Part shown: piece by piece, positions 42,053 to 53,417 of the stretch
How positions within the stretch are numbered: the stretch's first letter is position 1
Layout of the letters: every line of letters starts with the position of its first letter
NCBI GenBank assembly: GCA_963796275.1
Contig: CAWCKY010000004.1
Coordinates: 1,408,001 to 1,472,000 of the forward strand
Direction: 5' to 3'
Source: an uncultured Acidobacteriota bacterium
GTDB taxonomy: Bacteria; Acidobacteriota; Blastocatellia; RBC074
Length of the DNA stretch: 64,000 nucleotides
Translations under genes and position numbers: made by a program
Notes under the pieces: generated by a model
What the model was told of the DNA's origin: nothing
What the model saw: only the letters and a program-made list of their open reading frames with translations
Database searches by the model: none

Positions 42053-43548
42053 CAACGTTTTCCGCAAATCATCATCATCCCGATCTCTTCTTCGTCGGTC
42101 CGCTGCGGATCGACCTCACCGACAATGCGCCCCTGATAGATCACCAGCACGCGATCCGAGAGCGAGAGGACTTCCTCGAGTTCGGCTGAAACGAGCAGGA
42201 TCGCCACGCCGGCATCGCGTAATTCGATGAGCTTGCGGTGGATGAACTCAATCGCGCCGATGTCGACGCCACGCGTCGGCTGTGAGACCAGCAAGAGCCT
42301 CGGATGCATATCGAATTCCCGCCCGATGATCAGCTTCTGCTGATTACCGCCCGACAGAGCCCGGGCCGGCAAAGTGGGGTCGGGAGGTCGGACATCGAAA
42401 TCTCGAATCAACCGTTCGGCCTTTTCCTCGACCGCCTTTTCGTCGATCAAACCCAATCCGGCTCGGACTGCCGGCTTCCGATAATGCGTGCCGAGGATGG
42501 CATTGTCGGCCAGATCGAAATCGAGCACCAACCCGCGCCGGTGACGATCTTCGGGTATATGCGCGATACCGATCTCCGTCCTTCCGCGCGTAGAGAGCCG
42601 GGTAACATCTTCGCCTCCGAGCAAAATATGACCGCCGCTCGCCCGTTCCAAACCAGCGAGTATTTCGATCAGCTCAGTCTGACCATTTCCCTCTACGCCC
42701 GCTATTCCGACGATCTCTCCGCCTCGAACATCGAACGAGACATCGGTGAGCTTGGCGCCCAAACGCAGGCTCTGCACACTCAGCACGACATCTTTCGGTT
42801 GTGCCGGGGTTTTCTCAACAGTCAAGAGGACATCGCGCCCGACCATTAACCGGGCGAGCTCGGCCGCATCGGTTTCGCTGGTCTTCTTGCTCCCCACGAT
42901 CTTCCCATCGCACATTACGGTGACATTGTCGGAGAGCGCCAGCACTTCATTGAGCTTGTGCGTGATGATGATGATTGTCTTGCCATGTTCACGCATCGAA
43001 CGAAGTATTTTGAAGAACTCCTCGACCTCCTGAGGTGTGAGTACTGCGGTCGGCTCATCCAGGATCAATATGCGGGCGCCCCGGTAAAGAGCCTTCAAAA
43101 CTTCGACGCGCTGCTGCTGTCCGACCGACAATCCCGAGACGAGCGCATGCGGATCGATTGCGAGTCCGAAGTCTCGCGCGAGCTGCTCAATTTGCGCTTC
43201 GGCCTGTTTGAAATCGATCTTAAGGGCGTTCCCGGGCTCCGCCCCGAGAACAATATTCTCGAGCACGGTCATCGGTGGCACGAGCATAAAATGCTGGTGC
43301 ACCATACCGAGGCCGATCGCGATGGCATCGTGCGGCGATCTGATATCGCGTTTCACTTCGTCAATGAAGATCTCTCCCTCATCGGCCGTATAAAAACCGT
43401 AGAGAATCTTCATGATCGTCGATTTTCCCGCACCGTTTTCGCCGACGATGGCGTGTATCGTCTGGGCGGGAATGGATAGATCGATGCACTTGTTTGCCAC
43501 CACCGCGCCGAAACGCTTGGTGATGGAACGCATTTCGATGATGTCCAT
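42052..43548 (-). CDS. ABC transporter ATP-binding protein (CUT2 nucleoside/sugar type, two NBDs)
   Basis: [43 protein letters not shown]. Confidence 0.93.
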   Translation of the reverse strand: MDIIEMRSITKRFGAVVANKCIDLSIPAQTIHAIVGENGAGKSTIMKILYGFYTADEGEIFIDEVKRDIRSPHDAIAIGLGMVHQHFMLVPPMTVLENIVLGAEPGNALKIDFKQAEAQIEQLARDFGLAIDPHALVSGLSVGQQQRVEVLKALYRGARILILDEPTAVLTPQEVEEFFKILRSMREHGKTIIIITHKLNEVLALSDNVTVMCDGKIVGSKKTSETDAAELARLMVGRDVLLTVEKTPAQPKDVVLSVQSLRLGAKLTDVSFDVRGGEIVGIAGVEGNGQTELIEILAGLERASGGHILLGGEDVTRLSTRGRTEIGIAHIPEDRHRRGLVLDFDLADNAILGTHYRKPAVRAGLGLIDEKAVEEKAERLIRDFDVRPPDPTLPARALSGGNQQKLIIGREFDMHPRLLLVSQPTRGVDIGAIEFIHRKLIELRDAGVAILLVSAELEEVLSLSDRVLVIYQGRIVGEVDPQRTDEEEIGMMMICGKR

Positions 43549-43608
43549 AGTTTTAATGCGATCGGGTGACGTGGCAAATGTCCGATAGTGCGGTTGTCGC
43601 CTCGTCGG

Positions 43609-44616
43609 TTACCTGGCCATCGCGTCCGTCACTTTAATCTTACCTGCGATAATATCCTTGCGAGCCTGCTCGACTTTCTCGATCACCCAATCCGGAATGA
43701 GCGCTTTATTATGCTCATCGATTGCATACCCCACACCATCGTTGTCTAACCCATAGATGTGGACGCCGCCTTTGAATTTGCCCTCGACCTCATCCTTCAC
43801 GATGCTGTAGACAGCATTATCGATTCTTTTAAGCATACTGGTCAGCACATATCCAGGCTTGATCCAATTTTGATTGGCATCGACCCCGATAGCAAATTTT
43901 TGATATGCTTCGGCGGCGTCAAAGACGCCCAATCCCGAGTTGCCGGCGGCCTGAAAGATTACATCAGCTCCCTGCTCATACTGCGAATTAGCCAGCTCTC
44001 TTCCTTTTCCCGGATTGTTCCACGCAGCATCGGTGATGCCGACATAATTCCTCAATACGCGAATGCCTGGATTGACGTGGCGGGCTCCCTCCTCGTAACC
44101 GGCCGCGAACTTATGAATCAGCGGGATATCCATCCCGCCGACGAAACCTATAGTGCCGGTGCGGTTTTTGTAAGCCGCGATCATACCGACAAGGAATGAG
44201 CCTTCGTGTTCCTTGAAGAGCAGGCTCGCGACATTCGGAAGATCGACTACCGAATCGATCAACACGAAGTGGAGCTGCGGATAGTCGGCGGCGACCTGAC
44301 CGATGATCGGTCCCTGAGCAAACCCGACGCCGGTGATCAGGTTGTACCCGTATTGCGAAAAGGCTCGCAACGCCGGCTCGATTGAAGTCGGATCGCCCGG
44401 CTCGACATCGCGCAGGACGATAGGCAGGTCTTTTTTGGCGCGCTCCACACCTACATTCGCGGCGGCGTTGAATGAACGATCATCTTTACCGCCGATGTCG
44501 AAGACGATGGCGACCTTCGTTTTATCGCCGCCGGCTTCTGCGGTGTAATCCCGCATAGTGCAGCCAGTCAGCAAGAATGAGAATGATAGTAGGAGGAGCA
44601 GCGTTTTTGTCTTCAT
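43609..44616 (-). CDS. BMP family ABC substrate-binding lipoprotein (nucleoside-binding)
   Basis: Lipobox LLTGC; GGKDDRSFN, F.EHEGSFLVG, GFVGG, GADVIF.AAG, IGVD.NQ, TSMLKR.D. Confidence 0.92.
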   Translation of the reverse strand: MKTKTLLLLLSFSFLLTGCTMRDYTAEAGGDKTKVAIVFDIGGKDDRSFNAAANVGVERAKKDLPIVLRDVEPGDPTSIEPALRAFSQYGYNLITGVGFAQGPIIGQVAADYPQLHFVLIDSVVDLPNVASLLFKEHEGSFLVGMIAAYKNRTGTIGFVGGMDIPLIHKFAAGYEEGARHVNPGIRVLRNYVGITDAAWNNPGKGRELANSQYEQGADVIFQAAGNSGLGVFDAAEAYQKFAIGVDANQNWIKPGYVLTSMLKRIDNAVYSIVKDEVEGKFKGGVHIYGLDNDGVGYAIDEHNKALIPDWVIEKVEQARKDIIAGKIKVTDAMAR

Positions 44617-44692
44617 TTTTTCATTATCTGACGTCTTTCCAGGGCTTCAACAAACTCTGAAATCGGGTTCTCAGCCATCTACAACTGCTTTA

Positions 44693-45994
44693 TCAGATGA
44701 CGGCTTTGATCAGCGGCTCAAAGACTGGTTTCGCGTCTTCGATGCGGTATGCCGCGGACAATCGCGCCTCCATAAGCGCGAACCTCGATTCGTCATTGTA
44801 ATGCGCCGTTACTATCGGATCATTGGCGCTGACGCGGTCGCCCAGTTTTGCGTGAATATACAAACCGACGCTTTGATCGATCGCGTCTTCCAATTTCCTG
44901 CGGCCTCCGCCCCAATCCATCACGATGCGTCCGATTTCGCTGGTATCAATTCCCGCGACGTAACCGTTCCGGCCGGCAAGGATTACCCGTTTTTTTCCTG
45001 CCTGCGGCAGACGGTCCGGCTCGTCGAGCGTTCGCGGATCGCCCCCTTGCGCCTCGATCACAGCGCGGAACCGCTCGAGGGCGTCACCCGATGTAATCGC
45101 AGCTTGAGCTTTATTGCGGGCCCGCTCCAGGTCCTTCTCCAGCCCGCCGGCAATGATCATCCGTGCCGCGAGTTCCAAACACAACCCGGCGAAATCGTCA
45201 TCGAGATTTCCGCGCAAACATTCGATCGCCTCGAAAGTCTCGACCGCATTACCGACCCAGCGGCCCAGCGGCTGATTCATATCGGTGATGAGGGCGACGG
45301 TGCGCAGCCCCATGCGTTTGCCGACGCTCGACATCATTTCAGCCAGGGCGAGCGCACCCTCGAAATCGCGCATGAACGCGCCATTGCCCCACTTGACGTC
45401 GAGAACGAGTCCGTCCAAACCTTCGGCCAGCTTCTTCGACATGATCGAAGCGCAAATGAAAGGCCGATACGGGACGGTCGCGGTTAAATCGCGCAGCGCA
45501 TAAAGCCTGCGATCGGCGGGAGCGATCTCTTTCGTCTGTCCTATCAACGCGAGGCCGCAACGTTGGAGGACGTCATTGAATTGGTCGAGCGGGAGGTCGG
45601 TGCGAAATCCGGGTATCGCTTCTAGTTTATCAAGCGTTCCGCCACTGTGCGCCAGCGCGCGTCCGGAGATCATCGGAACGGCGACACCGCAAGCGGCCGC
45701 AACGGGCGCGATGACCAATGAGGTCTTATCGCCCACTCCACCCGTCGAATGTTTGTCTACTTTCGGCGCCGGAATGTTGTCGTGCGTGAGCACTATGCCC
45801 GAGTGGAGCATCTCCTCGACCAGATATTGCGTTTCAGCCTCTGTAAGTCCGTTCAGAAAACCCGCCATTAGCCAGGCCGCCATCTGATAATCGGGTATTT
45901 CATAGCGCGTGTATCCGCGAATCAGAAAAGCTATCTCATCGCGCGTCAGCTCCTGGTGATCGCGTTTCTTCTCGATCAGATCTTGTGGCCTCAT
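44693..45994 (-). CDS. pdp: Pyrimidine-nucleoside/thymidine phosphorylase
   Basis: IEKKRD, PDYQMAAWLMA, DKHSTGGVGDK, SGRALAHSGGTLDKLE, SIMSKK, LDVK.G.GAFM. Confidence 0.92.
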   Translation of the reverse strand: MRPQDLIEKKRDHQELTRDEIAFLIRGYTRYEIPDYQMAAWLMAGFLNGLTEAETQYLVEEMLHSGIVLTHDNIPAPKVDKHSTGGVGDKTSLVIAPVAAACGVAVPMISGRALAHSGGTLDKLEAIPGFRTDLPLDQFNDVLQRCGLALIGQTKEIAPADRRLYALRDLTATVPYRPFICASIMSKKLAEGLDGLVLDVKWGNGAFMRDFEGALALAEMMSSVGKRMGLRTVALITDMNQPLGRWVGNAVETFEAIECLRGNLDDDFAGLCLELAARMIIAGGLEKDLERARNKAQAAITSGDALERFRAVIEAQGGDPRTLDEPDRLPQAGKKRVILAGRNGYVAGIDTSEIGRIVMDWGGGRRKLEDAIDQSVGLYIHAKLGDRVSANDPIVTAHYNDESRFALMEARLSAAYRIEDAKPVFEPLIKAVI

Positions 45995-46074
45995 AGTTTT
46001 CAGATTTCGGTTTTCAGTTTTCAGTTCCGGATTTCAGCTTTTGAGTTTCTACCTCAACTGAAAACTGAAAACTA
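45994..46074. repeat. Heptamer-armed palindrome filling the ispDF-pdp gap
   Basis: TAGTTTT CAGATTT CGGTTTT CAGTTTT CAGTT ... AACTG AAAACTG AAAACTA. Confidence 0.8.
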
Positions 46075-47262
46075 TCTCCGTTCAATCAAGGCGATGACCT
46101 GTGCCGCGATTGCTTCCCCACGCCCTACTGCATCCAATCCCTCATTGGTCTTGGCCTTGATGTTGATTTGCGCCGGATCGATCTCCATCGCCTCCGCCAG
46201 TTTGACGCGCATCGCGGGGATATGCGGCATCATTTTCGGACACTCCGCCAAGATCGTCGCGTCAATATTGACGATTTTATATCCCTGCTGCCTCAGCAGA
46301 CTGCAAGTGAGGCGAAGAAACTCCGTGCTATCCGCGTTTTCCCAACGCGGATCCTGGTCGGGAAATTGCGTGCCGATGTCCCCGAGGCCCGCCGCTCCGA
46401 GCAGCGCATCGGTCATCGCATGGATCAAGCTGTCACCGTCAGAATGCCCAAATAAACCGCGATCATGCGGGATATCAATCCCCCCCAGAATTAATTTGCG
46501 ACCTTCGACCAGCCGATGTATATCGTATCCAAGGCCAGATCTGATCGCGGATTGCGCCTTCGATTCAATTGAGTCCATCAGCCTCCAAATCCCTTCGGCC
46601 TGCGATAAATCATCGGGCGTAGTGATTTTGATATTTTGCGGCGATCCTTCGACGACTGCCACCGGCAAGCCGATCTGTTCGAGCAGCAATGAATCATCGG
46701 TCGCCATCGCCGTGAGCAGGCCCTGAGCACGCGCCTCTGCATTGGCGCGCAGCAACAACTCGTAGCGAAATGCCTGAGGAGTCTGCGCGCGGTAGATCCG
46801 GTGGCGGTCGATCGTCCTCTGAATCAGCCCGTTCTCTACTTCCTTGATCGTATCGGTTGAAGGCAAAGCGAGGATAGCGGCGCCGGTTACGCGCGCGCGC
46901 GCGAGCACAGTGGAGATTTGCGCCGGCGTAACAAAAGGCCGGACCGCATCGTGGACGGCTATCAGTTCCGGTTGCCATTCCCCGGCAGCCTCGAGAGCAT
47001 TACCAATCGATTCGCTCCGCTCGGCGCCGCCGTTCACCACTCGTATGGGCTTGCGCAATTTATAAGATTGCAACAGCTCACCGAACGAACCGATCTCTGT
47101 CGGCTTGAGCGCCACAATTATCGCATCGATATCCTGACAGGCATCGAATCTTTGCAGCGTGTGAATGATTATCGGGACGCCGCCGATTTCAACGAATTGT
47201 TTTGGTTTATCTCCGCCAAATCGGGCGCCGCTGCCGGCTGCTGGAATGATGGCGATATTCAT
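46072..47262 (-). CDS. ispDF: Bifunctional IspD/IspF (MEP pathway)
   Basis: PAAGSGARF..KPKQF, VHDAVRP, QTPQAF, TDD, NIKITT; then GYDIH, GHSDGD, GDIG..FP, KAKTNEGL. Confidence 0.95.
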   Translation of the reverse strand: MNIAIIPAAGSGARFGGDKPKQFVEIGGVPIIIHTLQRFDACQDIDAIIVALKPTEIGSFGELLQSYKLRKPIRVVNGGAERSESIGNALEAAGEWQPELIAVHDAVRPFVTPAQISTVLARARVTGAAILALPSTDTIKEVENGLIQRTIDRHRIYRAQTPQAFRYELLLRANAEARAQGLLTAMATDDSLLLEQIGLPVAVVEGSPQNIKITTPDDLSQAEGIWRLMDSIESKAQSAIRSGLGYDIHRLVEGRKLILGGIDIPHDRGLFGHSDGDSLIHAMTDALLGAAGLGDIGTQFPDQDPRWENADSTEFLRLTCSLLRQQGYKIVNIDATILAECPKMMPHIPAMRVKLAEAMEIDPAQINIKAKTNEGLDAVGRGEAIAAQVIALIERR

Positions 47263-47348
47263 AATTGATAATGGATAATTGATAGTTCGTTTAGACTGTG
47301 GGGCAATTTATACGAATTATCAATTATCCATTATCAATTATCCATTAT
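47261..47348. repeat. Palindrome with ATAATTG/ATAATGG heptamer arms; homolog of the 3511 element
   Basis: ATAATTG ATAATGG ATAATTG ATAGTTC - loop with GCAATTTATA - GAATTAT CAATTAT CCATTAT CAATTAT CCATTAT. Confidence 0.88.
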
Positions 47349-47366
47349 TGATTCTCTTTGCTTTTC

Positions 47367-48473
47367 TCATTCAACAATTGATGACGGCGCAGGGATCGGT
47401 GTCTGGCGGGACGAACGATCGCGCACATCGCGCTGATCGCGAATATCGTTTCGCGTCTCCTCGACGCGCCCGAAGATCATCTTTCCCGCTGTGGTCTGCA
47501 AGACGCTGGTTACGACCATATCTACGTTCTTCCCGATCAAGCGGCGTGCGTTGTCGACCACTACCATCGTACCATCGTCCAGGTAAGCGACTCCCTGGTT
47601 GTATTCCTTACCCTCTTTAAGGATAAAGACCTTCATTATTTCACCGGGCAGGACGACCGGCTTAAGCGCGTTGGCCAGTTCATTGATGTTGAGTACTTCG
47701 ACGCCTCGTAGATGGGCGACTTTATTCAAATTGAAATCATTGGTTACGATCGGCGCATTTAGTTGTTTACCGAGCTCGATCAGTTTGAGGTCTACCTCCC
47801 TGACTTGTGGGAAGTCTGCTTCGTAAATCTGAACCTCCAGGCCGTTGTTCTTTTGAATACGCTGCAGGATATCCAGACCCCGGCGCCCGCGATTTCGCTT
47901 GGCCGAGTCCGACGAATCGGCTATCTGTTGTAATTCGCGCAGGACAAATTGCGGAACCAAAATGGTGCCGCCCAGGAACCCCGCTTCGGCGATATCAGCA
48001 ACGCGACCATCGATGATCACGCTCGTATCCAGTATCTTGTAGCTCTGTTTCGCGGTCCGATCACTGAGGATGCCGCCCAGCGCTGTGAGATCAAGATAGT
48101 CCCCTTTTGCCGCGCCGACGAGCAAGCCCACGTATGCCATAAACATCGTCAGAGTAAGGATCAGGAAAGATTCGACCGGCTGGCTCCAGGGCTGGACGGT
48201 TATCAGGAACCCCATCAAAGTTGAGCCGAAGATCCCGAGGATCGACCCGATAGCAGCCCCGATCAAGGTCTTGAGAGAAGCGCGCCTTATTCGCAGTTCA
48301 AAAAAAATGATCCCGCTCGCCAGGAGCAACCCGGCCAGAGCTGAGAGCAATCGCGAACCGTCTGGGATTCCCAGTTTTTCGCCGATCCATTCAGGTACCG
48401 GTTGAATTAAATAGCCTGCCGTGACGAGAATGATGGTAAATACTGTACGTATCAAAATGATATCTACATGCAT
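47367..48473 (-). CDS. Membrane PIN/TRAM domain protein (YacL family)
   Basis: Four TM helices; [54 protein letters not shown]. Confidence 0.92.
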   Translation of the reverse strand: MHVDIILIRTVFTIILVTAGYLIQPVPEWIGEKLGIPDGSRLLSALAGLLLASGIIFFELRIRRASLKTLIGAAIGSILGIFGSTLMGFLITVQPWSQPVESFLILTLTMFMAYVGLLVGAAKGDYLDLTALGGILSDRTAKQSYKILDTSVIIDGRVADIAEAGFLGGTILVPQFVLRELQQIADSSDSAKRNRGRRGLDILQRIQKNNGLEVQIYEADFPQVREVDLKLIELGKQLNAPIVTNDFNLNKVAHLRGVEVLNINELANALKPVVLPGEIMKVFILKEGKEYNQGVAYLDDGTMVVVDNARRLIGKNVDMVVTSVLQTTAGKMIFGRVEETRNDIRDQRDVRDRSSRQTPIPAPSSIVE

Positions 48474-48620
48474 AAATCATATTTTCCTTTGCTCGCCAAC
48501 AACGATAACTCCGCGTGAGTATGAATGTAGGACTAAAATGCGAACACCTATCTACTCGACATAAATAGAAATAGCCGATGCAGCGGGATTGTAGCACGGT
48601 GGTTTGAAGAGTGGGAGTCC

Positions 48621-48699
48621 AGATTGCGGATTGCGCTATGCGGAGTTGGTCTTACCGATTCGTAGAATCGGGAAAGCTCCAATCCGCAATCAGCAATTC
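48621..48699. repeat. Heptamer-armed palindrome (GATTGCG/CGCAATC type) with inner hairpin
   Basis: GATTGCG GATTGCG CTATGCG ... CCGATTC-gta-GAATCGG ... CAATC CGCAATC AGCAATT. Confidence 0.7.
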
Positions 48700-49806
48700 C
48701 TACCCTTTCGGCGCGTAATATCCGGCGCGGGCACGGGCGGCATACCCAGGCTTCTTAATTCTGACGCTGAGTTTGCGGAATGACCCGTCACGCTTCTCGT
48801 TGGTCGAGTAAAACCCTAACGTATACTGGGTGCGAAGTTGTCGGGCCAGATCCGCAAATGTCTGGTCGAGCTCTTTCAGAGATTCTTGATCTACCTCTTC
48901 TCCGAGCGCACCGGGGGTGGCCTTGGGTTTATAGATATATCCCCCGGTTTCAGCGCATAAAGTTTCGAGAGCACGCTCGCCGGCCAGGTCGCGAAGGTTC
49001 TGGGAGTAGTAATAACGATTTCCGGTGAATAACGCGAAGATCACGGCATCGGCTTGTTGAGCGTTCGCTAGAGCTTGAAGTAATCCTTTCCCGCTCGTCG
49101 TATCACCTCCGTCAGAAACGATGACGATTATGCGGCGGCCCTTCGCCGGCTTGAGATAATCGGAAGCGAGAAATATTCCGTCGTAGAGCGACGTGGCGCC
49201 CTGAGCTTTGAGCTGCATAGTGGCGCTGACGAGCAGCGGAATTTTGTTGGTGAAATCCTGCAGGCAAGTGATATCAGTGGAGAGCGAAAAAAGGGCGGCG
49301 CGGTCCTGCGGGCGAACGATTCGCTCGAAAAATTTGGCGGCGGCGCGCCGCTCGAATTCGATCTTCTGCGAAACGCTCAAACTCGCGTCGAACAACATGA
49401 CCAACCGCAATGGCAGGTCGGCATCACGGGCGAAATTTGCTATTTCCTGCCGGACGCCGTCTTCCATAATCTCAAAATCTTCGCGCTGTAGATCGATCGG
49501 CGGTTTCATATCTTTCGAGCCTTTCGCGTCTACCGGCAACGCGTTGGGCGATTCTTCCGACACAGAGGTCACGACCGTCACCAGATCGCTGGCGATCCGT
49601 ATCGTCTCGTCGCTCGTTTGAGGCCTTTGTTCGGGCAACCTGATGCGCGGTCGTTCCGGGGCCTTCCCCGGCTTCGACTTTTTCGGATCCGGCGCCTGCC
49701 GCCCGCTCTGGCTTCGGGCTGAATGCAAGGTAGATAAAAGAATTATCGCGGTAGTTGATAGAAAGGCAATTTTTGTGATCAATCTCGTCTGGCGAGATAA
49801 TTTCAT
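48700..49806 (-). CDS. VWA domain protein (acidobacterial VWFA-related type)
   Basis: Signal peptide; L.REDF.I.EDG..Q.I, FDASLS (MIDAS-like), T.LYD, SDGGDT, YTLGFY..N...DG.FRK. Confidence 0.85.
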   Translation of the reverse strand: MKLSRQTRLITKIAFLSTTAIILLSTLHSARSQSGRQAPDPKKSKPGKAPERPRIRLPEQRPQTSDETIRIASDLVTVVTSVSEESPNALPVDAKGSKDMKPPIDLQREDFEIMEDGVRQEIANFARDADLPLRLVMLFDASLSVSQKIEFERRAAAKFFERIVRPQDRAALFSLSTDITCLQDFTNKIPLLVSATMQLKAQGATSLYDGIFLASDYLKPAKGRRIIVIVSDGGDTTSGKGLLQALANAQQADAVIFALFTGNRYYYSQNLRDLAGERALETLCAETGGYIYKPKATPGALGEEVDQESLKELDQTFADLARQLRTQYTLGFYSTNEKRDGSFRKLSVRIKKPGYAARARAGYYAPKG

Positions 49807-51183
49807 GACGCCTCCACCAAATCTGTTTTCGGACTGTCCGCCGCCTCCCCAATCTCGGCAAGCCACGAGTGAAAAGCCTTCAGACCTCGCTCGACTTGCA
49901 TACGGTGACGATCGGCCTTCTTCCTGGTCTGCCGCCTTTCTTCCGGTTCGAGCGGCGGCAAGAGGGCGAACGTCGTGTTGGCAGGTTGAAAATTCTCCGC
50001 ATCGGCGTGAGCCAGATAGTAAGTCAATGATCCAGTCGCCGATTCTCGAGGCGGCGCAACCGCCTCAAGTCCCCGCGCAAGCCTTGCCGCATTGATACCC
50101 GCTATCATTCCTGTAGCCATCGCCTCGGTGTAGCCCTCGATTCCCGATATCTGTCCCGCATAAAGAACGCGCGCATACCGGCGCATTTGCAAGGTCTCTT
50201 TGAGCAGCTTCGGTGAACAGATAAATGTATTACGATGCATCTGGCCGAAACGGATGAAATCAGCCTTTTCTAATGCCGGAATTAATTGAAGGATTCGTTT
50301 CTGATCGCCATATTTGATATGGCACTGAAATCCCACGATGTTGAAGGCTCCGGCCATCAGATTCTCGAGGCGTAACTGAACACAGGCATAGGGTTCTCTT
50401 CCCGTGCGCGGGTCGATGAGGCCGACGGGCTTCATTGGCCCGAAGCGTAAGGTATCGCGACCGCGGTGCGCGAGGACTTCGATCGGCAAGCATCCCTCGA
50501 AATATTTCTCCTCGTCATCGAGACCTTCGTGGGGTTTGACGGTTTCGGCAGTGAGCAGGGCGTCGATGAAACGGTCGTAATCTTCCCGCGTCATCGGGCA
50601 ATTGACATAATCGTCTCCGCCCTTACCGTACCTTGCGGCGCGAAATGCTACATCAAAATCGATCGTCTCGCCATCCACGATGGGAGAAATCGCGTCGAAA
50701 AAGTAAAGGCCGTCATCCCCGGTCAACCGGCCAATTGCGGCGGTAAGCGCCGGAGAAGCCAGGGGGCCCGCGGCTATCACCGTGGTTTCGCCGGGTTTAT
50801 CAGCATTGATCTCGGTCACCTCTTCACGGCAGATTCTCGATATTCGGATGATGCGACAGGTATTCGGTCACGAGTGCGGAAAATTTTTCGCGATCGACCG
50901 CGAGCGCGCCGCCGGCGGGAACAGCGGCCTGCTGGGCCAAATCGATCAGCAATGAACTGCCCGCCCGCAGCTCGTCTTTCAAGAGCCGGGGAGCGGTGTC
51001 CGCCAGGTCAGATTTGAGCGAATTGCTGCACACCAGTTCTGCCAGATTGCCCGTCCGATGCGCCCCGGTGGATATTTTCGGGCGCATTTCGAAAAGCCGG
51101 ACCTTGATGCCGCGCCGCGCCGCCTGATGGGCGGCTTCCGAACCCGCCAGGCCGCCGCCTATGATGTTGATAATCTCGCTCAT
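49803..51183 (-). CDS. trmFO: tRNA (uracil-5-)-methyltransferase TrmFO; frameshift near 50833 (probable sequencing error)
   Basis: [73 protein letters not shown]; removing one A restores [11 protein letters not shown]. Confidence 0.92.
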
Positions 51184-51307
51184 GGAGCGGAATAATAGCA
51201 GATGCCCAGTCCAATTGCCTTAGTTCAACCTCTCCGACTAAAATCATCTGTTCGGTCTTCAGGGCCGGGATCGCGATTCTGATATCCAATTGAATTTCCA
51301 AGATTGA

Positions 51308-52315
51308 ATGAAAGAACATTTGCTTCAATATCTGGCCTGCCCGGCGTGCGGCGCCGATTTTTCGCTTACAGTAAAGGAGCGCAAGGGCACTGAGATCATC
51401 GCAGGCGAGTTGCGCTGCGAGCGATGCGCTAACGATTATCCCGTTCGCGGCGGGATTCCGCGCTTCGCCGACCCGGGAACCGACGAAAAACAACGGAAGA
51501 CGGCTGAGAATTTCGGCGCCCAGTGGCTGGTGTTTGACGAAGTTTCCGATCATCACGAGAGGCAATTTCTCGATTGGATCGCGCCAGTCACACCGGACTT
51601 CATCCGCGGCAAAGTCATCCTCGAAGGCGGATGCGGGAAAGGCCGCCATACTCAGTTGGTCGGCCGATGGGGAGCGCGCGACGTGATCGGCATCGATCTG
51701 AGCTATGCGGTTGAAGCGGCGTATCGCAATACGAAAGACCTGCCAAACGTCCATATTATTCAGGGCGACATCTACCGGATGCCGCTTAAAACATCTTTCG
51801 ATTATGCTTTCTCGGTCGGCGTGCTTCATCATCTGCCGGACCCCGGATCCGGTTTTATCTCCCTCGTCAACAGTCTAAAACCCGGGGGAGCCGTCTGGGC
51901 ATGGGTTTATGGTAAGGAGAACAACGGCTGGATATTGAACTTCGTCAATCCTCTGCGGAAACGAGTAACTTCGAAACTGCCGCCCGGCCTGCTCTACCGA
52001 ATTTCTTATCTTCCGGCGACCGTACTCTATCTGCTGCTCAAATGTGTATACCGGCCGGCCGGAAAGACCGGATTTTCCCAGTATCTGTTTTACGCGAGCT
52101 ATCTGAGCTACATTTCGCGCTTTCCTTTCCGCGAGATTCACGGCATCGTTCACGATCATTTGAATGCCCCGGTCGCCTTCTATATCCGCCGTGAAGAATT
52201 CAACGAGTGGTTCCATACCGTCGACGCCGAACGCATAGAGATCCACTGGCACAATCGCAATAGTTGGCGGGGCTTTGCGTTCACCCGGTCAGCGGGAGCA
52301 AATTATGCAAAATGA
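51308..52315 (+). CDS. Class I SAM-dependent methyltransferase with N-terminal Trm112-like Zn finger
   Basis: LACPAC....CERC...YPV..GIPRF; LEGGCGKG; S.GVLHH. Confidence 0.88.
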   Translation: MKEHLLQYLACPACGADFSLTVKERKGTEIIAGELRCERCANDYPVRGGIPRFADPGTDEKQRKTAENFGAQWLVFDEVSDHHERQFLDWIAPVTPDFIRGKVILEGGCGKGRHTQLVGRWGARDVIGIDLSYAVEAAYRNTKDLPNVHIIQGDIYRMPLKTSFDYAFSVGVLHHLPDPGSGFISLVNSLKPGGAVWAWVYGKENNGWILNFVNPLRKRVTSKLPPGLLYRISYLPATVLYLLLKCVYRPAGKTGFSQYLFYASYLSYISRFPFREIHGIVHDHLNAPVAFYIRREEFNEWFHTVDAERIEIHWHNRNSWRGFAFTRSAGANYAK

Positions 52316-53356
52316 CGCGCGCTCCTGGGACGTGGAACCGAGACTGTCCCTCTTCCTGCCTGTTTTGAACGAGGAAGAGAACCTCGGTCAGCTGCACGAG
52401 AAGATCATTTCCGCCATGAACCCCTCGGTCAGAGCTTCGAAGTCATTTATGTAGATGACGGGAGCACGGACGGCAGTTTCGATCTGCTCAAACGATTCGC
52501 CGAGGGCGACGCGCGCGTGCGCGTTATCTCATTTCGCCGCAATTACGGGCAGACGGCTGCCATGGCCGCGGGTATCGACGCCGCGCGCGGCGAAATATTG
52601 ATCGCCATGGATGCCGATCTGCAAAACGATCCGAGAGACATCGAGCTGCTGCTGGAGAAACTGGATGAGGGTTATGATGTCGTCTCCGGATGGCGCAAGG
52701 ACCGGCACGATCTCTTTCTGACGCGGATCCTGCCATCGCGCATCGCCAACCGGCTCATCTCGACTATCGGAGGCGTTCCGCTTCACGATTACGGCTGCTC
52801 CTTGAAGGCCTATCGCCGCGAGGTGCTCAAGGGGGTCCACCTCTATGGTGAGATGCATCGGTTCATACCAATCTATGCCAGCTGGGCGGGCGGGAGTGTG
52901 ACGGAAATTCCGGTAGGCCACCATCCGCGGGTAGCGGGTAAATCCAAGTATGGTCTGGCTCGCACTGCTAAAGTTATCTTCGATCTCCTCACGGTCAAAT
53001 TCATGACGAGTTATCTGACCAAACCGCTTTATGTTTTCGGCTGGGCGGGCGTCCTGGCCTTTGGGCTGTCGTTCGTCTCAGCTCTGCTGGCGTTCCTTAT
53101 GAAGTTCGCCGGCTGGCCGCATCAGGCATCATTCGTTCAGACACCATTGCCCGTAATTGCGCTGGTCATGATGGTCCTCGGCATACAGTTATTCCTGATG
53201 GGCCTGATTGCGGAGATGCTCGTGCGCACCTATCACGAATCGCAGGGCAAGCCGATCTATACAATTAAAACGAAAATCAATTTTGAAGATGCCCAACCCC
53301 ACGAGTTAAGATTGGCCACAGAGCCACAGAGACACAGAGAGGAGAAGTGGAGATGA
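52305..53356 (+). CDS. GT2 glycosyltransferase (DPM1/ArnC-like); 1-base deletion at CCCC 52421-52424 (probable sequencing error)
   Basis: PVLNEEENL, then YVDDGSTDGS, RRNYGQTAA, DADLQNDP, HDYGCSLKAYR, GEMHRF; two C-terminal TM helices. Confidence 0.88.
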
Positions 53357-53417
53357 CAGGGCAGCATGGGGCTCATTGAGAATGATCTCCTCGTCTCCCA
53401 TGGGTAATAGCTAAGAG

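Noticed and set aside
44558-46726. Long + strand ORFs (309 aa and 256 aa)
   Set aside because: Antisense shadows of pdp and ispDF with no recognisable motifs.
51008-51832. 274-aa minus-strand ORF
   Set aside because: Overlaps the methyltransferase antisense and trmFO out of frame; no motifs.
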